Below, piece by piece: positions 29,145-38,459 of a stretch of DNA of 64,000 nucleotides; the first letter of the stretch is position 1, and every line of letters starts with the position of its first letter. The position numbers were made by a program, and so were the translations under genes. The DNA comes from Tubiluchus corallicola (taxonomy: Eukaryota; Animalia; Priapulida). Under the pieces are notes generated by a model. The model was given only the letters and a program-made list of their open reading frames with translations, ran no database searches and was not told the origin of the DNA. The DNA lies in assembly GCA_030141605.1 (NCBI GenBank), contig JAQGDQ010002407.1, positions 7,769 through 71,768 of the forward strand, given 5' to 3'.

Positions 29145-30620
29145 TTATTTGTTTTCTACTTCAATAAAGTGTGGGAGTTTATTTTTATATTTTGGCATAG
29201 ACGCCCCAATTGAAGCATTTATAAATGTAGGGTCTGCGATATAAAATTTTCTGCCTGATATGTCAAAGTAAGTTCCGCTAAAGTCCTGTCCCTCGATAGC
29301 TGTTGCCGCATGCCCCGGGTACTGTAGCCCAACAACGTCAGTAGTGATAAGGTGCTTGGCAAAGTGAGAGAATAGTACAGCGCGGTCTTCACAGTCGGAG
29401 TAAGGGTAATAAAAGAGCTCTTCGGCAAAGAATGATTTTTCCCTCCCAAATTGTTCCCCGTCTGTTTTGTATTTAAATGCGTTCTGCACAAATGATAGTA
29501 GGAACTCCGCTCTTTCCTTTTTTGTCATAGTATTGATATTTCTTTTTAGTTGTGAGTATAGGGAGTTTTTCAGCTGTTTGGATATTGGAGTGTTAAAGTA
29601 TACTTGTAACTCTGTTGCCGGATAGTCATTGTAAAAATCAATGACACCTCTGTTACATTTGATATCTATGTTGTATTTTTTCCCTTCAAATGAGAATAAG
29701 AACGACCGGCTGAATGTTTTTCCTTCGAAGTTTAACGCCTTGGCAAATCCCATGTCAAATATTCGCCCCTTTTCATTGTAGTCTTCATCGTAAGTATAGA
29801 GGTTGTTATTTTTTTGTTTTTCTGCATAGTAGTATTTTTCACCATTAAGTATAACATACTGCCTGGCGTATATTATAGTTTTGGCAGGGAGTAAAAGAAC
29901 AGCTCCACCGGCACCGTCATATCCCACTTTTGCAGAGTACCCGGCTTTGTTAAGTAAAAACCATGTTGCCAGCGTTGCTTGCGTGTTGTTTCCACAAGTT
30001 TTCAGTAGTGTTGCTTGTGTCAACCGGTAAAATCCCCAATCATTGAGTTGCAGTTTTTTCGTTGCTTCTGCGAGACTGCTAAGGAGAACATGGTGATTAG
30101 TCCCGGCCATTTGTTCCCAAAATCGGGCAATTGTTTTGTTGTCTATTTTCGTTATTTTCGGTATGCTAAAGTTGTTGTCAATAGATATGTCAAGGTTGTT
30201 CCCATAGAAGGTGAGGGATGTTTTTTTTACCGGAACGTCTGTGGGCACTACCCGGGAAGTCGGTAAGGGCTCTACTAAATCGGGTTTTTCCCAGGGAGTA
30301 ATTATTTCTGGGATACGGGCAGGGAGGGAAGGAGGCGCAGCATCCCGCTCCGGAAGATAAGTGGGTATTTTATCAGGTTTGGGAGTTTCGTCTCTATTTT
30401 TACTCGTCAGTACATCAAGTTCTTTCCATCGTTTTTCAAGGAATGCTACAAACTCCTTATCTCTTTTTTCTACATATTGTTTAAAGTCCTGTTGCTGCTG
30501 TTGCATAAATTTATCCCTCTGCCGTCCCATTTCTTCTATGTTTTGAGAGAAAGAAAGGTTGTAAGAGAGAAGTGTGAGCAATAGCGGAGGTAGTGTGTAT
30601 ATGGTTATTTTTGTTTTCAT
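29145..30620 (-). CDS. Secreted protein with transglutaminase-like C-terminal domain
   Basis: Signal peptide; SDCEDRAVLF...YPGHAATA...ADPT (Cys-His-Asp pattern). Confidence 0.7.
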   Translation of the reverse strand: MKTKITIYTLPPLLLTLLSYNLSFSQNIEEMGRQRDKFMQQQQQDFKQYVEKRDKEFVAFLEKRWKELDVLTSKNRDETPKPDKIPTYLPERDAAPPSLPARIPEIITPWEKPDLVEPLPTSRVVPTDVPVKKTSLTFYGNNLDISIDNNFSIPKITKIDNKTIARFWEQMAGTNHHVLLSSLAEATKKLQLNDWGFYRLTQATLLKTCGNNTQATLATWFLLNKAGYSAKVGYDGAGGAVLLLPAKTIIYARQYVILNGEKYYYAEKQKNNNLYTYDEDYNEKGRIFDMGFAKALNFEGKTFSRSFLFSFEGKKYNIDIKCNRGVIDFYNDYPATELQVYFNTPISKQLKNSLYSQLKRNINTMTKKERAEFLLSFVQNAFKYKTDGEQFGREKSFFAEELFYYPYSDCEDRAVLFSHFAKHLITTDVVGLQYPGHAATAIEGQDFSGTYFDISGRKFYIADPTFINASIGASMPKYKNKLPHFIEVENK

Positions 30621-30756
30621 AGTTTTTTGTTTTAAAGCTTTTTATTCTGTTTTTCCTTGATTTATAATAGTTCCCCAGGTTGTTAAATACCTACTGACAG
30701 TACTTATAGGGGGAAAGTGTTAAGTAAGTTATCTGTTTCAGCTCAGATGCTAAAGG

Positions 30757-30886
30757 GAAGTTTTACAGAGTTCATTTTTTGTTTGTCTTTTTGCGAGTGC
30801 CTTGTTCAAAGTGTTCATTTGTTAGCGGGCTGAAAGTTTGCATTTTTTTCAGCATGAGCCAAGGTGTTTCATCTTGAAAAGGTCTC
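30757..30886 (-). mobile_element. MITE-like intergenic repeat
   Basis: Minus strand GAGACCTTTTCAAG...CAAATGAACACTTTGAA...AAAAATGAACTCTGTAAAAC. Confidence 0.65.
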
Positions 30887-31025
30887 ATAGCCAGAAGGTC
30901 ATGATCTGTGTTGTGCATGATGTTTATTTGAGCACAGAGATCGAGTCTTTTCAGTGGTCACGGTTGTGTGGCAGAGTAAAGTCTTTCGCCATGTACATCT
31001 CCTATTTATTAAATAAAGAGATGTA

Positions 31026-31070
31026 AAAAAGCTGATGCTGTACTTTAATCAAATTCAGCATCAGCTTTTT
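31026..31070 (-). terminator. Intrinsic terminator (bidirectional type) after the LPP20-like gene
   Basis: AAAAAGCTGATGCTG...CAGCATCAGCTTTTT perfect stem flanked by A/T tracts. Confidence 0.8.
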
Positions 31071-31096
31071 ATTATAGTTCTGTTTTTTAAGTTGTA

Positions 31097-31681
31097 TTAT
31101 TCCTCATCATATCTCTCCATTTCAGCGTTAAATTCTTTTTTGAATCGCTCGTAGTTGTAGTCAACACGAAGTTTTGCATCTTCAGAGAGACGTTTATTCA
31201 TGTCTGATAATACTTCATCTCCTGATAGTTCTATTGCTACATATGTTTTGTAAGTACCATCAGTCGTTTTTGTTTGTTTTTCGCAAATAACGCGGGTTCC
31301 TGCGAGTCTTTGGCTTACAACCTCTCTTGCAAGGTATTCATACCTATCCTGAGATTCTTCTGTATTATTGACAGCAAGAGACTTTACATAAGCGTCTGTC
31401 ACCCTTTTTACACGAGTTTCGAGAACAGAAGCCAGGCTGCTTCTCGCAGCAGTGTAAGCTTTTTGTTGAGATATGGATTGATTATTACTAGCCCCAATTG
31501 CGCTAGCTCTAAAGTAATTTTTGTCCGACTGAAATTTAGGGCCGTGACAGAAGTTTTCAATTTCTACTTCAACATTAGCTTTCGAAATGTTTTTGGCAGC
31601 TTTTTTTGCCCTGCATGACGGAAAAGAGATTATGGCTGCCACGCTTAATACCGATATTAAAAGAGTAAGTGTCTTTTTCAT
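31097..31681 (-). CDS. LPP20-like lipoprotein
   Basis: Lipobox-like FPSC; YFRASAIG.S.NQ..S..KA...AR..LA pattern. Confidence 0.7.
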   Translation of the reverse strand: MKKTLTLLISVLSVAAIISFPSCRAKKAAKNISKANVEVEIENFCHGPKFQSDKNYFRASAIGASNNQSISQQKAYTAARSSLASVLETRVKRVTDAYVKSLAVNNTEESQDRYEYLAREVVSQRLAGTRVICEKQTKTTDGTYKTYVAIELSGDEVLSDMNKRLSEDAKLRVDYNYERFKKEFNAEMERYDEE

Positions 31682-31779
31682 TGATCTTTGATTTTAAAGT
31701 TTAATTTTTAATATTAAAAACAGATATGCTACGTTTAGCTTATTTCACCTTGTGCCGTAAGCTAAGTAAGTTCTCCATG

Positions 31780-31901
31780 TTTTGCAAGACCTTTGCTTTA
31801 GTTTTTTATTAACATTTTAAATTCTCATTTACGCTAGCAAGTTGGATTTTATCGAGTTTTTCAGTCGTCTAATCCAAGATACTTCGTCTTGCAAAGGCCT
31901 C
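31780..31901 (-). mobile_element. MITE-like intergenic repeat
   Basis: Minus strand GAGGCCTTTGCAAG...CTGAAAAACTCGATAAAA...GTAAATGAG...GCAAAGGTCTTGCAAAA. Confidence 0.7.
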
Positions 31902-31956
31902 ATTTCAAAGTAAGAATGTGTTTTCCATTAAGTTTTATTTTTTTAATGTTTGTTAA

Positions 31957-33585
31957 TTATAATAGCTTGTACAAGTTATGTTTTTCAGCCTGTACATAGT
32001 CATCACTCACTTTTACATCACGAAGGAAAGGGTAGCCATCGTTAATGTAATAGGATATTCTCCAAATAGTGGTAAAGTTCCAGTGCTGATATGTTTTTTC
32101 ATCCCTCATAGCTGTTTCAGTTTTACCTGTTATGCCTGAGCTGCTTCCACTTCCTACACTTGTATTTGCATCATTGTCTGTCGTGTCCCAATAACAGTTG
32201 GTTATTGTACTGCTATCGCTGATATGCCCTCCAAATCCACCGCAGATGTCAAGACCACTCACATCTCCTGCTGCATAGCAGTTTTCTACAGTACCACTAT
32301 TATTGATATATCCTACAAACCCACCTAAGAACTTGTTGCAATCATCTACGTCTCCCATGGCATAGCAGTTTTTTATAGTGCCATTATTGATATATCCTGC
32401 GAACCCACCTATGTAGCTATCGCATTCGTCGATATCTCCCGTAGCGTAGCAGTTTTCTATAGTACCATTATCGAAATAGCCCACAAACCCTCCTGCATAG
32501 TTATTACTATCGTCGATGTCTCCTGTAGCGTAACTATTAGTTATAGTGCCATCACCAATATACCCCACCAAGCCTCCCACATAAGAGCGCCCTATTATTT
32601 CAGATGCATGCACTCCTACATTTTTTATTTTGGAAGAACTGCCGTTTACGTATCCAAACAAGGCTATGTTATCCTGGCCGCTACAGTCTATATAAAGATT
32701 AAAGATTTCATGTCCCTTGCCATCAAAAGTGCCTGTGAAGGGAATATTAGTAGTACCTATAGGGTTAAATCCTTTTAAGTCAAAGCCATTTGTTCCGGGG
32801 TTAGGGAAAGTTATATTCTTTTCCATAGTGTAACTTCCTGCCAAGTCATACTGTACTCCCTGTAAGTCCTCCCATGTTTTTATTTTATACTGTTCCTTAG
32901 GGATTGTGTAAGCAAGGCTTTGCGTTGCTACTCCTGTTTTGGAAAGTTTTAATGTTACATTGAGCTCTTTGTCATAGCCTATATCCAACCAGTCATTCAG
33001 GCTCAAAGGGTTATTGATAGTTCCTCTGCTTCCTGATATTGTAACCTTTCCATGTACTTCCGGTCTTCCATCTATGGATATATAATAGTCCCATGTATTC
33101 CCCGAAGGTAAGTTGCTTATTTCAAAAAGATCAGTTTTTTTAAAGTCCCCTGATCCTATTCTGTTTTCATTATTGTGGCTAACAGCTCTTAGCAATACTC
33201 CTTCTGTTTGCTGCTGTATTGTAAAGCTAATTTCATTTCCTAAGACAATTTTTCCATCAACACCCTTTATATAAGTGCGGATATAGTATGTTACACCCAA
33301 AGCTAAGTCGCTTATTGCTATAGTAAAGCTTCCTATGCCTACAGGTCCATGTTCCGACGAGATGCGGTAACCTCTCTCTGAGCCAGGAGCATTGAAATAG
33401 TATACTCCATACTCTGTAGCACCTTCTCCTAAGTCGACTATCTCCCCGTCTACATAAACAACACCACTTTCAGACAAGTTAAATACGTTGGTGGTTTTCA
33501 CACACATAAGACGTTTTAAGTCTACTTCCTCACAGGCAAAGAGAGCCAATAAAAGCATCGAAAATATTAAAGTTATTTTTCCCAT
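31957..33585 (-). CDS. GLUG-motif surface lipoprotein
   Basis: Lipobox LFAC; FTGTFDGKGH; five ~29-aa repeats (YVGGLVG, YAGGFVG, YIGGFAG, FLGGFVG, ICGGFGG). Confidence 0.85.
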   Translation of the reverse strand: MGKITLIFSMLLLALFACEEVDLKRLMCVKTTNVFNLSESGVVYVDGEIVDLGEGATEYGVYYFNAPGSERGYRISSEHGPVGIGSFTIAISDLALGVTYYIRTYIKGVDGKIVLGNEISFTIQQQTEGVLLRAVSHNNENRIGSGDFKKTDLFEISNLPSGNTWDYYISIDGRPEVHGKVTISGSRGTINNPLSLNDWLDIGYDKELNVTLKLSKTGVATQSLAYTIPKEQYKIKTWEDLQGVQYDLAGSYTMEKNITFPNPGTNGFDLKGFNPIGTTNIPFTGTFDGKGHEIFNLYIDCSGQDNIALFGYVNGSSSKIKNVGVHASEIIGRSYVGGLVGYIGDGTITNSYATGDIDDSNNYAGGFVGYFDNGTIENCYATGDIDECDSYIGGFAGYINNGTIKNCYAMGDVDDCNKFLGGFVGYINNSGTVENCYAAGDVSGLDICGGFGGHISDSSTITNCYWDTTDNDANTSVGSGSSSGITGKTETAMRDEKTYQHWNFTTIWRISYYINDGYPFLRDVKVSDDYVQAEKHNLYKLL

Positions 33586-33627
33586 AACACGCTTTATTAA
33601 GCTTTAAATATATGATCTTCCATTTTA

Positions 33628-34598
33628 TTATTTATTCAGTTTAATTGCTAATCCATAAGTAACTGCTCCCGTTTGTATATCATAGTTTACAATGGGTTTA
33701 ACCCGACTTTTTGATTTGTTTTCAATAAGGGCAGTCCAAACCATATTGGCTACCCATAATGCACCGGCAGAGTAAAAGAGTATTCGTGAGTCGTCATATC
33801 TGCTTTTAGCCTCATTGAAATAGTGATCCCGGTCGTATGCATTATCCGAGTTGTGATAGTTTCTCATATTTACCGCTGCCATATTGTTTTGAATTATTCC
33901 AAAAGATAGCAGCCCGTAAAATGCTCCCCCCAGTCCCCAGTTTACACCGCTTTTATCGCTTAAGTAGTGCTGTCCGGCGCCCGGTAATATAGCACTGTAC
34001 AATAATGCCGTAGCTCTGCTGCGGTGCTTCTCTCCTTTTATTGTTATGTCCGATGGTTTTGTCTTCTTTTTCGGACTCTCTTTTGCCTCCTCACTCTCTT
34101 TAGCAAAAATTTCTTTCAGGTAAGTGGTCTCATCTTCTTTTATGGTTATTATCTTATTTATTGTAGTGTAATCTTTTTTCTCGAGGCTAAGGATGTGTTC
34201 TCCTATCAACAAACCTCTCAAAGTATTAGGTGTGACTCCTTGCTCTACGCCATCCAGCTTTATGATAGCGTCTATAGGCGATGTAGTAATATCAAGGCTT
34301 CCTACCCTAGCACGCAGATTCAAGTTAATAGTTTGTTCATCGCCAGCTTTCAGTTCCATCTGTTTTGGGTATCCATAGTGTTTGTCTTTTTTGGCCTCGA
34401 ATCTATAAACTCCTTCCGTTGCTCTTCCTGTATAAGTTCCAAAGCCAACTTTTTTAGAGTTAACATATATATCCGCTTCCGGGCTGGTATTTATAGTAAT
34501 ATTTGCAAATCCTGGCAGGAGGTTAATCTGTACATCAACCGTATCTCCTTCGGTAATGGCAAATTCTTTTGTAGCAGTCTGATACCATGACTTTTTAG
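33628..34598 (-). pseudogene. PEGA-domain protein, 5'-truncated by the inversion junction
   Basis: PEGA repeats (INTSPEADIYVN, ITTSPIDAIIKLDG..GVTP) and a C-terminal SAILPGAGQHY domain. Sequence beyond 34598 is the antisense of the GLUG gene. Confidence 0.8.
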
Positions 34599-34605
34599 CA
34601 TAGCC

Positions 34606-35310
34606 TTGTTTGGATACGTAAACGGCAGTTCTTCCAAAATAAAAAATGTAGGAGTGCATGCATCTGAAATAATAGGGCGCTCTTATGTGGGAGGCTTGGT
34701 GGGGTATATTGGTGATGGCACTATAACTAATAGTTACGCTACAGGAGACATCGACGATAGTAATAACTATGCAGGAGGGTTTGTGGGCTATTTCGATAAT
34801 GGTACTATAGAAAACTGCTACGCTACGGGAGATATCGACGAATGCGATAGCTACATAGGTGGGTTCGCAGGATATATCAATAATGGCACTATAAAAAACT
34901 GCTATGCCATGGGAGACGTAGATGATTGCAACAAGTTCTTAGGTGGGTTTGTAGGATATATCAATAATAGTGGTACTGTAGAAAACTGCTATGCAGCAGG
35001 AGATGTGAGTGGTCTTGACATCTGCGGTGGATTTGGAGGGCATATCAGCGATAGCAGTACAATAACCAACTGTTATTGGGACACGACAGACAATGATGCA
35101 AATACAAGTGTAGGAAGTGGAAGCAGCTCAGGCATAACAGGTAAAACTGAAACAGCTATGAGGGATGAAAAAACATATCAGCACTGGAACTTTACCACTA
35201 TTTGGAGAATATCCTATTACATTAACGATGGCTACCCTTTCCTTCGTGATGTAAAAGTGAGTGATGACTATGTACAGGCTGAAAAACATAACTTGTACAA
35301 GCTATTATAA
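34606..35310 (+). pseudogene. Headless duplicate of the GLUG lipoprotein C-terminal part
   Basis: Identical to the last ~234 aa of 31957-33585; no signal peptide; starts at the junction. Confidence 0.85.
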
Positions 35311-35365
35311 TTAACAAACATTAAAAAAATAAAACTTAATGGAAAACACATTCTTACTTTGAAAT

Positions 35366-35487
35366 GAGGCCTTTGCAAGACGAAGTATCTTGGATTAGAC
35401 GACTGAAAAACTCGATAAAATCCAACTTGCTAGCGTAAATGAGAATTTAAAATGTTAATAAAAAACTAAAGCAAAGGTCTTGCAAAA
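35366..35487 (+). mobile_element. MITE-like repeat (mirror of 31780-31901)
   Basis: Mirror copy. Confidence 0.7.
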
Positions 35488-35585
35488 CATGGAGAACTTA
35501 CTTAGCTTACGGCACAAGGTGAAATAAGCTAAACGTAGCATATCTGTTTTTAATATTAAAAATTAAACTTTAAAATCAAAGATCA

Positions 35586-36170
35586 ATGAAAAAGACACTT
35601 ACTCTTTTAATATCGGTATTAAGCGTGGCAGCCATAATCTCTTTTCCGTCATGCAGGGCAAAAAAAGCTGCCAAAAACATTTCGAAAGCTAATGTTGAAG
35701 TAGAAATTGAAAACTTCTGTCACGGCCCTAAATTTCAGTCGGACAAAAATTACTTTAGAGCTAGCGCAATTGGGGCTAGTAATAATCAATCCATATCTCA
35801 ACAAAAAGCTTACACTGCTGCGAGAAGCAGCCTGGCTTCTGTTCTCGAAACTCGTGTAAAAAGGGTGACAGACGCTTATGTAAAGTCTCTTGCTGTCAAT
35901 AATACAGAAGAATCTCAGGATAGGTATGAATACCTTGCAAGAGAGGTTGTAAGCCAAAGACTCGCAGGAACCCGCGTTATTTGCGAAAAACAAACAAAAA
36001 CGACTGATGGTACTTACAAAACATATGTAGCAATAGAACTATCAGGAGATGAAGTATTATCAGACATGAATAAACGTCTCTCTGAAGATGCAAAACTTCG
36101 TGTTGACTACAACTACGAGCGATTCAAAAAAGAATTTAACGCTGAAATGGAGAGATATGATGAGGAATAA
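35586..36170 (+). CDS. LPP20-like lipoprotein (mirror copy)
   Basis: Identical to 31097-31681. Confidence 0.7.
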   Translation: MKKTLTLLISVLSVAAIISFPSCRAKKAAKNISKANVEVEIENFCHGPKFQSDKNYFRASAIGASNNQSISQQKAYTAARSSLASVLETRVKRVTDAYVKSLAVNNTEESQDRYEYLAREVVSQRLAGTRVICEKQTKTTDGTYKTYVAIELSGDEVLSDMNKRLSEDAKLRVDYNYERFKKEFNAEMERYDEE

Positions 36171-36196
36171 TACAACTTAAAAAACAGAACTATAAT

Positions 36197-36241
36197 AAAA
36201 AGCTGATGCTGAATTTGATTAAAGTACAGCATCAGCTTTTT
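36197..36241 (+). terminator. Intrinsic terminator (mirror)
   Basis: GCTGATGCTG/CAGCATCAGC stem followed by a T tract. Confidence 0.8.
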
Positions 36242-36380
36242 TACATCTCTTTATTTAATAAATAGGAGATGTACATGGCGAAAGACTTTACTCTGCCACA
36301 CAACCGTGACCACTGAAAAGACTCGATCTCTGTGCTCAAATAAACATCATGCACAACACAGATCATGACCTTCTGGCTAT

Positions 36381-36510
36381 GAGACCTTTTCAAGATGAAA
36401 CACCTTGGCTCATGCTGAAAAAAATGCAAACTTTCAGCCCGCTAACAAATGAACACTTTGAACAAGGCACTCGCAAAAAGACAAACAAAAAATGAACTCT
36501 GTAAAACTTC
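36381..36510 (+). mobile_element. MITE-like repeat (mirror of 30757-30886)
   Basis: Mirror copy. Confidence 0.65.
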
Positions 36511-36646
36511 CCTTTAGCATCTGAGCTGAAACAGATAACTTACTTAACACTTTCCCCCTATAAGTACTGTCAGTAGGTATTTAACAACCTGGGGAACTAT
36601 TATAAATCAAGGAAAAACAGAATAAAAAGCTTTAAAACAAAAAACT

Positions 36647-38122
36647 ATGAAAACAAAAATAACCATATACACACTACCTCCGCTATTGCTCACACTTCTC
36701 TCTTACAACCTTTCTTTCTCTCAAAACATAGAAGAAATGGGACGGCAGAGGGATAAATTTATGCAACAGCAGCAACAGGACTTTAAACAATATGTAGAAA
36801 AAAGAGATAAGGAGTTTGTAGCATTCCTTGAAAAACGATGGAAAGAACTTGATGTACTGACGAGTAAAAATAGAGACGAAACTCCCAAACCTGATAAAAT
36901 ACCCACTTATCTTCCGGAGCGGGATGCTGCGCCTCCTTCCCTCCCTGCCCGTATCCCAGAAATAATTACTCCCTGGGAAAAACCCGATTTAGTAGAGCCC
37001 TTACCGACTTCCCGGGTAGTGCCCACAGACGTTCCGGTAAAAAAAACATCCCTCACCTTCTATGGGAACAACCTTGACATATCTATTGACAACAACTTTA
37101 GCATACCGAAAATAACGAAAATAGACAACAAAACAATTGCCCGATTTTGGGAACAAATGGCCGGGACTAATCACCATGTTCTCCTTAGCAGTCTCGCAGA
37201 AGCAACGAAAAAACTGCAACTCAATGATTGGGGATTTTACCGGTTGACACAAGCAACACTACTGAAAACTTGTGGAAACAACACGCAAGCAACGCTGGCA
37301 ACATGGTTTTTACTTAACAAAGCCGGGTACTCTGCAAAAGTGGGATATGACGGTGCCGGTGGAGCTGTTCTTTTACTCCCTGCCAAAACTATAATATACG
37401 CCAGGCAGTATGTTATACTTAATGGTGAAAAATACTACTATGCAGAAAAACAAAAAAATAACAACCTCTATACTTACGATGAAGACTACAATGAAAAGGG
37501 GCGAATATTTGACATGGGATTTGCCAAGGCGTTAAACTTCGAAGGAAAAACATTCAGCCGGTCGTTCTTATTCTCATTTGAAGGGAAAAAATACAACATA
37601 GATATCAAATGTAACAGAGGTGTCATTGATTTTTACAATGACTATCCGGCAACAGAGTTACAAGTATACTTTAACACTCCAATATCCAAACAGCTGAAAA
37701 ACTCCCTATACTCACAACTAAAAAGAAATATCAATACTATGACAAAAAAGGAAAGAGCGGAGTTCCTACTATCATTTGTGCAGAACGCATTTAAATACAA
37801 AACAGACGGGGAACAATTTGGGAGGGAAAAATCATTCTTTGCCGAAGAGCTCTTTTATTACCCTTACTCCGACTGTGAAGACCGCGCTGTACTATTCTCT
37901 CACTTTGCCAAGCACCTTATCACTACTGACGTTGTTGGGCTACAGTACCCGGGGCATGCGGCAACAGCTATCGAGGGACAGGACTTTAGCGGAACTTACT
38001 TTGACATATCAGGCAGAAAATTTTATATCGCAGACCCTACATTTATAAATGCTTCAATTGGGGCGTCTATGCCAAAATATAAAAATAAACTCCCACACTT
38101 TATTGAAGTAGAAAACAAATAA
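36647..38122 (+). CDS. Secreted transglutaminase-like protein (mirror copy)
   Basis: Identical to 29145-30620. Confidence 0.7.
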   Translation: MKTKITIYTLPPLLLTLLSYNLSFSQNIEEMGRQRDKFMQQQQQDFKQYVEKRDKEFVAFLEKRWKELDVLTSKNRDETPKPDKIPTYLPERDAAPPSLPARIPEIITPWEKPDLVEPLPTSRVVPTDVPVKKTSLTFYGNNLDISIDNNFSIPKITKIDNKTIARFWEQMAGTNHHVLLSSLAEATKKLQLNDWGFYRLTQATLLKTCGNNTQATLATWFLLNKAGYSAKVGYDGAGGAVLLLPAKTIIYARQYVILNGEKYYYAEKQKNNNLYTYDEDYNEKGRIFDMGFAKALNFEGKTFSRSFLFSFEGKKYNIDIKCNRGVIDFYNDYPATELQVYFNTPISKQLKNSLYSQLKRNINTMTKKERAEFLLSFVQNAFKYKTDGEQFGREKSFFAEELFYYPYSDCEDRAVLFSHFAKHLITTDVVGLQYPGHAATAIEGQDFSGTYFDISGRKFYIADPTFINASIGASMPKYKNKLPHFIEVENK

Positions 38123-38151
38123 CATAAACTCTTACAAAAATGGACTAAAAG

Positions 38152-38412
38152 GCTTGCCCTGCCCAAAACAGCACATTGGCTTACGCTGAAAAACCGTCAA
38201 AAACAGCAACTTACTGACTTAAATGAGGTCTTTAAAGCAAAATTTGACAAAATTGCAATACCTTTGCAACGCAAAACACCTTGGGATCACGCTGAGAAAA
38301 ATCGTTGAAATCCTTCAGCCTGATCATAAATAAACATTTTGACCAAAACTCTCACGAAAACTAATGAAGACGCTGCCTTTGCAAAAAAAAGGGATGAGCT
38401 TTGTAGAAACTC
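38152..38412 (+). mobile_element. Tandem MITE-like repeats (mirror of 28855-29115)
   Basis: Mirror copy. Confidence 0.65.
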
Positions 38413-38459
38413 AATATAAAAAAGCAGGACAACCTGTTCGAACAAATTGATTTAAATAA

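Larger units (their letters stand above)
3291..32668. repeat. Left arm of giant inverted repeat (palindrome)
   Basis: Every ORF has a mirror copy. Mirror coordinates sum to 67267 inward of the LysM indel (31097+36170) and 67291 outward (4996+62295). Identity ends at ...AAACAAGGCTATG (32668). Confidence 0.98.

Noticed and set aside
4784-31901. Dispersed repeats as integron attC sites or a cassette array
   Set aside because: No RYYYAAC...GTTRRRY cores, no integrase, and the flanked genes are housekeeping genes with their own candidate promoters.
32200-32600. ~87-bp tandem repeats in the GLUG gene as a diversity-generating or DNA-level repeat system
   Set aside because: Explained by ordinary GLUG protein repeats; no reverse transcriptase and no template/variable pair with A-specific differences.
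32669-34598. Hairpin telomere of a linear replicon
   Set aside because: The centre is a 1.93-kb non-palindromic spacer that breaks a gene rather than a perfect turn-around, and no protelomerase is seen.
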